Virus record (IMG/VR): IMGVR_UViG_3300043436_004687
Location: 1 to 64,000 of that record
Length of the DNA stretch: 64,000 nucleotides
Strand: one strand, 5' to 3'
The notes below the pieces were generated by a model. It was not told the DNA's origin and ran no database searches. It saw only the letters and a list, made by a program, of their open reading frames with translations. How positions within the stretch are numbered: the first letter of the stretch is position 1; each line of letters starts with the position of its first letter. Positions 56,837-64,000 of the stretch are shown here, one piece after another. The position numbers were made by a program, and so were the translations under genes.

Positions 56837-57201
56837 TATCTTCTACTTGACGAACTTTTACTACTTGAACTACCAAAAGAGGATTTACTTCTATTAGAAG
56901 ATGAATTACTAGTTGTAGTATTTTTATTACCACCAAAACCAGTTGTTTTAGGTTTTGAGTTAGATGGTGTTGTTTTGGTAAATGATTTTTGACTTTTTGT
57001 TGGTTTTGAAATTTCCTTAGCTCTACTTGTTACTGCTGATGATACCTTATTAGAGTTAGGTGATTTGATATTACTTTTCACACTAGCTTTAGAATTTACA
57101 ACAATTTCAGGTTGATTAACTTGGATGTTTGAACTAGTTTGTTGACTATCTTTACAAGAAAATAGTGCGAATAACAAACTAAAAATTATTAATTTTTTCA
57201 T
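56836..57201 (-). CDS. Lipoprotein with Ser/Thr/Gly-rich tail
   Basis: LFALFSC lipobox; [19 protein letters not shown]. Confidence 0.65.
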   Translation of the reverse strand: MKKLIIFSLLFALFSCKDSQQTSSNIQVNQPEIVVNSKASVKSNIKSPNSNKVSSAVTSRAKEISKPTKSQKSFTKTTPSNSKPKTTGFGGNKNTTTSNSSSNRSKSSFGSSSSKSSSSRR

Positions 57202-57264
57202 AATTTGTGTTTTTAATTGTTAATATTGAGGCAAATATATAACAAATAATTTTAATAACCTAAT

Positions 57265-58338
57265 TTATTTTAAATTATTTTTATAATTATTAATCTCACT
57301 AATTAAATTTTCTTTTATTTCAAGTGGAGCTTTCTTTTTATTACCCTTAGTCTGAAATTGTAATAACCTATAATTACCACCATCAATACCTAATTCAAAT
57401 GTGCCCCTAATTTTTAATTCTAAATTATGATATTTATAAATTAAACTTTGCCCATATTTACATTTTTCCCAATAACCAGACCCACCAACACAATGTCTCA
57501 TTTCTTGCCCCTCATAAACCAACCCAAATTTTGAAGTTAATAATGTAGAATGATTAAATGTTGGATAATCCACGTTCGGATCTAAAAATTCATTTTCCTC
57601 AGATAAAAGCTTTTTTTCTCTAATTTGATGTGACCAATTATCGTGTTCTAACTTAATCCTTTTAAGACTCCATTTCATATTTACTTTATAACCTAAATTA
57701 GGTGCATCAATAAACATATCCACAAGATTCATTTTCTTTAATTTGTGAATATGTTTAAAAAACATTGTTTTATCTAAACAATGGTTTAGATAATAGTATA
57801 TTGGTTGGTAACGAGAAACTTTATTTTGCCAATGAATTACCTTAACACTAAGACAATTTTTGAAAGCAGACATTGGAAAATTTTCAAGTGGGACTTGGTT
57901 ATTTATTAAATTTAATTTTATAATATCTGTAGGTGTAGTATATTTTTTAAATACACAATCCAAAAATACTTTAAAATCTAATTTGATATAGTGATTAACA
58001 TCATTAATACATTCATCCAACAAAAATTCTAATCCTAAATAATTTAATAACTTAGAATCTTTCCAACAACCATAAAAATTAATAAAATTTGTTAATTTTT
58101 TATTAATCAAATCAACCTCAAACAAACCTAACGTTATAAAATTACTTTCAGAAAAATTATATAAAGAAAAATTTAATCTTCTATATTCAACATATATTCT
58201 AGTCTCATTTTTCTCAATATAATAAAAATAACAGCCACCAGTATCGTAATCACTATCATTTTTAAATTTTAACCTAATGCTTTTTAATTGATTTTTTTTA
58301 CTATAATTTTTAGCAAAAATTCTAAAACCTTTTTTCAT
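57265..58338 (-). CDS. PcfJ-like domain protein
   Basis: LVYEGQEMRHCVGG..SLIYKY..TFEL..LLQFQTKGN. Confidence 0.7.
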   Translation of the reverse strand: MKKGFRIFAKNYSKKNQLKSIRLKFKNDSDYDTGGCYFYYIEKNETRIYVEYRRLNFSLYNFSESNFITLGLFEVDLINKKLTNFINFYGCWKDSKLLNYLGLEFLLDECINDVNHYIKLDFKVFLDCVFKKYTTPTDIIKLNLINNQVPLENFPMSAFKNCLSVKVIHWQNKVSRYQPIYYYLNHCLDKTMFFKHIHKLKKMNLVDMFIDAPNLGYKVNMKWSLKRIKLEHDNWSHQIREKKLLSEENEFLDPNVDYPTFNHSTLLTSKFGLVYEGQEMRHCVGGSGYWEKCKYGQSLIYKYHNLELKIRGTFELGIDGGNYRLLQFQTKGNKKKAPLEIKENLISEINNYKNNLK

Positions 58339-59122
58339 TAATTTCTATTAAAGGGTTATACAAATTTTCTAAAGCTATTACTAATTTTTGTAAGTCTCCC
58401 TTATAAAATCCACTACAATTAATACAATTTATTTCAACCATTTTCCAACCATCTGGTGTTAAGCAAATATCCATCACAAAACATTCAGCTACTTGGTATA
58501 AGTCAACCATTTTTTGAGCAAATTCTAAACCCTCTGGTTCAACATTTTCTTCATAAGCAACATATTGGCCAAATCTATAATATGAACTAGTGACTATCTT
58601 ACCACCAACAATCCAAATTCTAGCTTCCTTATATATTGTTTTAGGTTTACCAATTTGAATTAACTGAGGTTCTACTAATTTAGTATAATTAACATTTAAT
58701 TTACGTTGTTCAATTAAATCATCCCATTTAGTTTTGGTAAATAATTGACCATTAAATAACTTAGAATCTTTACAAGGTCTTATGAATTTAGTTTCATTGT
58801 AATCCCATTCTATAGGGTCAAGAAATTCTTTAATCTCACTATCATAATTTAAAAGATTTTCTTTATAAAATTTAGAATAAATTGAATAATCATGATTCCC
58901 ACCAAAGAATGAACCAGGATACCAATCTTTTTCAGCAGCTAATTTTGCCATTCTAATTGAACCGAATGTGAATACATCTTTACGTTTAGTTTTTACTTGA
59001 AAATCATCGGAATTAGGTAAACAAGTGATAACCTCAAACTCCAAATTTAATTTAGTTAAAGTGTCAAATATAAGATTATAATTTACTTCCCTGAAAACAT
59101 TTTCTTGGATTACGTAGTACAT
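58322..59122 (-). CDS. ATP-grasp domain protein (DUF4343/R2K-like)
   Basis: FIRPCKDSKLFNG, EARIWIV, FVMDI..WKMVEIN..SGFY. Confidence 0.75.
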   Translation of the reverse strand: MYYVIQENVFREVNYNLIFDTLTKLNLEFEVITCLPNSDDFQVKTKRKDVFTFGSIRMAKLAAEKDWYPGSFFGGNHDYSIYSKFYKENLLNYDSEIKEFLDPIEWDYNETKFIRPCKDSKLFNGQLFTKTKWDDLIEQRKLNVNYTKLVEPQLIQIGKPKTIYKEARIWIVGGKIVTSSYYRFGQYVAYEENVEPEGLEFAQKMVDLYQVAECFVMDICLTPDGWKMVEINCINCSGFYKGDLQKLVIALENLYNPLIEINEKRF

Positions 59123-59685
59123 ACTTTATAAGTTGAGTTTGTTTTTTTAATTTTATTTATTTCTTCAGTTTCATCTAAAATATATTCCTCAAATTCATTA
59201 TGATTTAGTAAAAGTTTTTCATTTTCTTCCAACTCAAACATTTTTATTAAATTTTCATAATGGCGTGAATTATCTATAGGTTCGACCAAATCTAAATGAA
59301 TTTTAATACTTCCAGTAAACAAATCATCCAGTTGTTGACGAAGTTGCTTATCAGCCTCTATCTTATAGAGTTTAACTGCTTCTTGATACTCATCCTTATG
59401 TTTTTGATAATTCTCTTTTATTTTTGAAATTATATTTTCTTTGCTAATTGTAGTTTTCATAATTAATCATTTATTTAGTGCAAAGATAGTAATTAAAAAT
59501 TAATTGAACAAATTTATTTTTCTAAAAGTTCAATTATTTTTTTCTTGAAGTCTAAAATAACTTCATTGGCACTTTCCTCATCAAAAGTCGAAGTTATTAA
59601 TGAAATTAATTCTGAATCATCAAATATAAACTGTAGTTCTAGTAATTTTTTTTCTAATGTCATTTTAAATTAATTTATTTATTTG

Positions 59686-59757
59686 TACTCCCGAAGGGAA
59701 TCGAACCCTCCTTCCCAGGCTGAAAACCTGATGTCCTAACCGATAGACGACAGGAGC
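59686..59757 (-). tRNA. tRNA-Glu(TTC)
   Basis: GCTCCTG/CGGGAGT; TCAGG-TTTTCAG-CCTGG; T-loop TTCGATT. Confidence 0.95.
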
Positions 59758-59766
59758 ATAAAAATT

Positions 59767-59880
59767 AATCAAAAAGTCTTCGTCTCTCCTAGCTGGCCCA
59801 CTTGAGGATAAATCCTCGTGCCCGACTCGAACGGGAATGCTAGCGACTCAATCCAGCTTGCCATTTTCATGGTTTTGATT
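59767..59880 (-). ncRNA. GC-rich structured RNA with a T-loop, between tRNA-Asp and tRNA-Glu
   Basis: AATCAAAA/TTTTTGATT closure, AGCTGG/CCAGCT, CCCG-TTCGAGT-CGGG, GAGGA-TTTA-TCCTC. Confidence 0.6.
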
Positions 59881-59886
59881 AATTTA

Positions 59887-59961
59887 TGGCGGTCCTAGAG
59901 GGAATCGAACCCTCATCATGCCCGTGACAGGGGCGTATCCTAGCCATTGAACGATAGGACC
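59887..59961 (-). tRNA. tRNA-Asp(GTC), CCA encoded
   Basis: GGTCCTA/TAGGACC+G+CCA; GCCC-CTGTCAC-GGGC. Confidence 0.96.
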
Positions 59962-59963
59962 TT

Positions 59964-60797
59964 TTATTTTAACCATTTTCTTATAGCATTATCACTAACA
60001 CCATATTTCCTACCAGTTGCAGAATAACCTAATTGATCAACTTCTTTTAATAAAATCTCTTTACTAGGTCTATCTTTAACTTTTCTTAATTTAGTTGAAC
60101 TTTCGATTTGTTTATTAGTCCTCGCATTATTAATTAATTTTTCAGAATTTAATAATATTTTATCTTCATTTAATTTTTCAATCTTAACATATTTTATTTT
60201 TAATCTATTATGACCAATACAATGAGTTTTTGTTTGACTATGACAATTTGGGCATAAATATCTTAAATTTTCCAACCTATTATCACTATTATCACCATTA
60301 ATATGATCAATTTCTAATTTAATTTTATTTCCACACCAAATATCTATTATGCTACAATTTATATTACTACATTTATAAGATAATAATTTATCTTGAATAA
60401 TTCTTTTCTTTACTACATTTTTACTAACACTAGAATTTAAAATAAATATTTCATTATTAGTTAATATTCTACTGTATTTATTACCTCTATTATATTTATA
60501 TTTTAATATTGAAACATCAATTCCATATAACAAACAATATTTATCTAATGTTTGAAAATTCCCAGATTTTAATGTTATATTTAAATTTCTTAATACATCC
60601 GATTTACATTCTGATTTAGATATTGCATTAAGTAAATTTTCTTTAGTCCAATTATGTGTTCTTTTATAACCACTAGTATTTAAACCAAATTTTGTTAAAT
60701 TATATCTTATTTTACCCTCACTAACCTCAAAAAAGTTACTTAATTTTTTAATTGTATAACCCTCTTTAATTTTTTCTTTTAAAATTTCTATATCCAT
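59964..60797 (-). CDS. HNH homing endonuclease within a tRNA operon
   Basis: LEIDHINGDNSDNRLENLRYLCPNCHSQT; HTH-like ends. Confidence 0.9.
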   Translation of the reverse strand: MDIEILKEKIKEGYTIKKLSNFFEVSEGKIRYNLTKFGLNTSGYKRTHNWTKENLLNAISKSECKSDVLRNLNITLKSGNFQTLDKYCLLYGIDVSILKYKYNRGNKYSRILTNNEIFILNSSVSKNVVKKRIIQDKLLSYKCSNINCSIIDIWCGNKIKLEIDHINGDNSDNRLENLRYLCPNCHSQTKTHCIGHNRLKIKYVKIEKLNEDKILLNSEKLINNARTNKQIESSTKLRKVKDRPSKEILLKEVDQLGYSATGRKYGVSDNAIRKWLK

Positions 60798-60889
60798 ATC
60801 TTTTATTATAAATATAGAAACTTTAAAAAAAGTAAACTAAGTAAAGATAATAATTTAAATAACCCTATTATTACATAATTTACACTAAG

Positions 60890-60962
60890 TGAGTTCTATG
60901 GTATTCGAAACTATTCCCAATGCTCTTCAGGCATTTGTGCGCACCAGCTACACCAAAAACTC
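60890..60962 (-). tRNA. tRNA-Phe(GAA)
   Basis: GAGTTTT/AGAACTC; AATGC-CTGAAGA-GCATT. Confidence 0.9.
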
Positions 60963-60968
60963 TTTTTG

Positions 60969-61042
60969 TGGAGGATAACAAGATTCGAACTGTTGACCCC
61001 TTGCGTGCAAGGCAAGTGCTCTACCAACTAAGCTAATCCCCC
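60969..61042 (-). tRNA. tRNA-Ala(TGC)
   Basis: G3-U70 identity pair; CTTGC-CTTGCAC-GCAAG. Confidence 0.95.
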
Positions 61043-61051
61043 ATTTTATTC

Positions 61052-61088
61052 AAAAAAAAAAACTCAACCTAATTAAAAGTTGAGTTTT
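61052..61088 (-). terminator. Attenuator terminator B
   Basis: AAAACTCAACTT/AGGTTGAGTTTT stem plus long U-run. Confidence 0.88.
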
Positions 61089-61110
61089 ATAATTTATAAA
61101 TGTTTTACAT

Positions 61111-61200
61111 TTAACTAAATTCCATACTCAACTTACCAAAGCCATAATCTTCAGCTATTGCTTCAAAAGCAAAATCAAATATGTTATTAAGTGTTTTCAT
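61111..61200 (-). CDS. Leader peptide B, MKTLNNIFDFAFEAIAEDYGFGKLSMEFS
   Basis: 29 codons; F/D/A/E are 11 of codons 8-21; antiterminator AAGTTGAGT at 61126-61134. Confidence 0.8.
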   Translation of the reverse strand: MKTLNNIFDFAFEAIAEDYGFGKLSMEFS

Positions 61201-61309
61201 AGTTTTTATTGTTATTAATATATAGTGCAAATATAAGATAAAGTTTTATAATATGCAAGTTTTTTTTAATTTATTTTTTAAATTATTTTATAACTAATTG
61301 ATAACCAAG

Positions 61310-61525
61310 TTACTTTTTACGCATTTTAGCTTGAAAAGTTTCCAATTTTTTAATCATTTGACCATCTGTTTTATCAAATACTGACCAAATTCCAGAGACC
61401 ATTGCCATAAGGGCACCACTAAGAGTTAAAAATGTTGCGGAATCTAAAACACCATAAGTTGTTAAAAATACACCAAGTGCTGTAAGCACATATCTAATTA
61501 TCGATAAAATTTGTTCTTTGTTCAT
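61310..61525 (-). CDS. Putative holin (two TM helices, basic C-terminus)
   Basis: EQILSIIRYVLTALGVFL..SGIWSVFDK, resembling Pam3-gp28-type holins. Confidence 0.6.
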   Translation of the reverse strand: MNKEQILSIIRYVLTALGVFLTTYGVLDSATFLTLSGALMAMVSGIWSVFDKTDGQMIKKLETFQAKMRKK

Positions 61526-61578
61526 ATTTAAATAGTTTATTAATAAATATATTTAAAAAATTAAAAAATTATTTTATT

Positions 61579-61650
61579 TGGTAGTGAAGGTGGGATTCGA
61601 ACCCACAAACTCCCTGTTTCTAAGACAGAATACTCTACCGCTTCTTAAAT
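61579..61650 (-). pseudogene. 3' part of a tRNA (TAG anticodon, short variable loop, CCA) whose 5' acceptor strand lies at 63081-63087
   Basis: GCGGTAGAGT, TCTGT-CTTAGAA-ACAGG, GTGGG-TTCGAAT-CCCAC, CTTCACT-A-CCA; complementary GGTGAAG only beyond the tnpB element. Confidence 0.7.
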
Positions 61651-61751
61651 AATATACATTTCTGTACATAACTCAATTCCTAATTCAACAAATAAACTAA
61701 TGTTCATTCTCCAAAGGCTTATATTCCCCATTGCGGATGGGTATATTATTT

Positions 61752-62894
61752 TTATTTTAATCCTAATAACCTAATTCCTTCATTCTTTATATTGATAGCT
61801 GCATTCAAATCCCTATTAATACTCAAATTACATTCACTACAATTATATAACCTATGTTTCAATTCTAAATCTATTTTTTTATTCCCACAACAACTACATA
61901 ATTTACTACTAGCAAACCATCTATCAATATCAACTAAATCCCTACCATACCATTCAGATTTATATTTAAGTATATTCTTAAATCTATTTAAACTCAATTC
62001 TTGTATAGATTTAGCTAATTTATGATTCTTCATCATACCACTTACATTTAAATTTTCAATTACTATAACTTGGTTATCATTTAGTAATTTATTTGCTACT
62101 TCATGTAAATAATTTTCTTTTTTATTAGTTAATTTTTCATTAAATTTAGCTAATTTTATTCTAGCTTTTTCTTTATTTTTACTACCATTTTCTTTTTTAC
62201 TTAAATTCTTATGTAATTTAGCTAACTTGTTTTTGTTATTTCTAATTATTTTTAAGTTATCATATTCTACACCATTTGAATCAACTATAAATGTTTTTAT
62301 TCCTAAATCAATTCCTACTATATTATTTTTAGGCGTATCTAATTCTAATAATTCATTTGAATCAACTAATATACTTAAAAAATATTTGTTTGATTTAGTT
62401 TTAGATAGTGTAGCTGATTTAATTCCTTCTTTATATTTGTTAAGATAATTAACATACTTATCTGACGTTCTAAATTTAATATCTTTTAATTGACTTGTAA
62501 GTGTTAACTTATTTGATAAATAATTATTTTTCTTAGATATTGCTTCTAATGGAAATCTACAACTTTGTATATTATCATGTTTTGATTTAAAATTAGGAAA
62601 CCCACTTCCATTTATAAAAAATCGTTTATAGCTATCTAACAAATTAATTACAGATTGTTTCAATACTTTGGTATTATGATTAGTTAACCAAATATAATCT
62701 GAATTTTTAGTTAGAGTTTGATGAAAATAGTTACCCAATTCTTTCAACCCCAAATTGCTTTTATCTTTTAAATAAGATTCTTTTTTAAGGGATAAGCAAT
62801 TATTAAATACGAATCGATAGCTACCAAACAAATCATTTAAATATGATTGTTGTGTAGTATTAGGGTATATACGTATTTTAATTGATTTTAACAT
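61752..62894 (-). mobile_element. tnpB: Solo IS200/IS605-family TnpB (HTH, RuvC, Zn finger) with downstream omegaRNA-like region
   Basis: KIRIYPN, GIDLGIK, VIENLNV, CSCCG..CSEC, RDLNAAINI. Confidence 0.95.
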
Positions 62895-63095
62895 AAAATT
62901 TTATGGGTATATTAATACCCTGTTATTATAAATATAAGAATAAATTTAAAAAGTTCAATATTATTATGTTAAATTTAGTTAAAATTATACATTATGGTTT
63001 TAAATCTATTTAATTGTTTATGTTTGTATAAGATTGTTTAGATAATTAGTTTCTGTTACTAACCCTTCGTTTTAATAGCACTTCACCATATTTTG

Positions 63096-63179
63096 TAACC
63101 CTGACAAGATTCGAACTTGCAACCCATTGAGGGACAGCATTCTAAGTGCTGCGTGTATAGCCATTTCCACCACAGAGCC
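63096..63179 (-). tRNA. tRNA-Leu(TAG)
   Basis: CAGCA-CTTAGAA-TGCTG; long variable arm; GCAAG-TTCGAAT-CTTGT. Confidence 0.92.
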
Positions 63180-63185
63180 TTCCTT

Positions 63186-63485
63186 TTATTTTAACTTAAT
63201 AAAATCTTCTTTTTCAATTGCTTTAGTAATCCATCTTATGAGTTCACTTCCTTTAATTTCACTATGAAACTCAGTTAAACCCAAATCCTCACTTAAAACA
63301 AGTGTATTGAAAGTTTCGGTTTGAAATGAATTGGAAACTTTTTTATGTTCAACTGTTGATATAGGAAATTGGAATGTTCCGTTAGATAAATCTATATTAT
63401 AAAATAACTTTCCATTATAATAATGAGAAAATTTAGCTAATGTTTTTAATTTGTATAATTCTTTTTTTATTTCTGTTGCATTCAT
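63186..63485 (-). CDS. Hypothetical protein inside the tRNA operon
   Basis: 99-aa ORF from the track, A-rich start. Confidence 0.65.
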   Translation of the reverse strand: MNATEIKKELYKLKTLAKFSHYYNGKLFYNIDLSNGTFQFPISTVEHKKVSNSFQTETFNTLVLSEDLGLTEFHSEIKGSELIRWITKAIEKEDFIKLK

Positions 63486-63515
63486 TTTTTTTTATGTATT
63501 TAATTTATTAATTAG

Positions 63516-63601
63516 AACTGGAAGTAGGATTCGAACCTACGGTGCACTTTTCAGTAATTAGGGTTGCAATCTAATGAATTCGACCACTTTTCTATTCCAG
63601 C
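63516..63601 (-). tRNA. tRNA-Cys(GCA) with an unusually long variable arm
   Basis: GCTGGAA/TTCCAGT, U73, loop TTGCAAC, 16-nt variable region, GTAGG-TTCGAAT-CCTAC. Confidence 0.85.
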
Positions 63602-63611
63602 ATTTGTTTAA

Positions 63612-63648
63612 AATAAAAAATCCGATTAAGTTTTAATTAATCGGATTT
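63612..63648 (-). terminator. Attenuator terminator C
   Basis: AAATCCGATTAA/TTAATCGGATTT stem plus U-run. Confidence 0.85.
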
Positions 63649-63670
63649 AAAATTGTTTTATAATTATTTC

Positions 63671-63775
63671 TTAATGAAAATAATTTATTTCAAATTCCGA
63701 TTCTTCCAACCCTAATAGGATCAGTGAAGTTAAACATAAGTTAAGCGCCAATTTGAATTTATTTACTACTTTCAT
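63671..63775 (-). CDS. Leader peptide C, MKVVNKFKLALNLCLTSLILLGLEESEFEINYFH
   Basis: 34 codons; 8 Leu (five different codons) and 1 Cys in codons 9-23; antiterminator AATCGGA at 63696-63702. Confidence 0.75.
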   Translation of the reverse strand: MKVVNKFKLALNLCLTSLILLGLEESEFEINYFH

Positions 63776-64000
63776 ATTTTTAATATTAGTTCTTTATTAA
63801 TATATAGTTTATTTTTCAAAAAAATAAATATTATTTATTAATTTTATTTAAAATTTGTATTGAATTTGATATTGTTGCTTCATTGGTGCTGTTTTCTAAC
63901 AACCAATTAACATAATTTATTAAATCAAATTTATTTATCTCATCAATTTTTTTATAATTATATTTACCACTAATGACATAAAATGTGTTGTTAGCCTTTC

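Noticed and set aside
61621-61630. Amber suppressor tRNA or stop-codon recoding
   Set aside because: The anticodon reads TAG (Leu), not CTA. Long ORFs are intact under code 11, and TAG ends genes (e.g. 23548).
5018-62448. Short + strand ORFs inside minus-strand genes (e.g. 5018-5242, 7118-7399, 22822-23073, 34196-34480, 46813-47181, 61792-62025)
   Set aside because: Antisense shadows of well-supported genes, with no motifs or promoters.
61650-63080. IStron (group I intron + TnpB) in the split tRNA
   Set aside because: No P/Q/R/S core recognisable on either side of tnpB, unlike the clear intron at 42654-43621.

Overview
Very AT-rich, gene-dense, almost entirely minus-strand segment of a large (jumbo/huge) dsDNA phage. 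The host is most likely Bacteroidota: the TTG-N~20-TAnnTTTG promoter recurs more than 20 times and start codons follow A-rich, SD-less leaders. Contents: nucleotide and NAD+ metabolism genes (thyA, folA, prs, intron-split NAMPT, NadM-Nudix, Sir2, PARP, SLOG); RNA-repair/anti-defence genes (Tpt1, HAD, 2H phosphoesterase); a sigma-70 factor, a K+ channel and exported-protein cassettes; 8 homing endonucleases, 2 solo TnpB elements and a group I intron; about 9 intact tRNAs plus odd tRNA-like RNAs; and a compact CRISPR-Cas locus (cas3, cas7fv-like, cas5fv-like, cas6, 12-repeat array; no cas8, cas1 or cas2 in this window). Main discovery: three tRNA operons are each preceded by a ~30-codon leader ORF, an antiterminator and an intrinsic terminator. 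Each leader is enriched in codons for the amino acids of the tRNAs downstream (Tyr/Pro; Ala/Phe/Asp/Glu; Leu/Cys), suggesting ribosome-mediated attenuators that switch on phage tRNAs when those tRNAs are depleted. Second: the CRISPR system appears chimeric, with an I-F2-like Cascade, a non-f Cas6, stand-alone Cas3 and type II-C-like 36-nt repeats with 29-30-nt spacers. All annotations are by eye; no searches were run.
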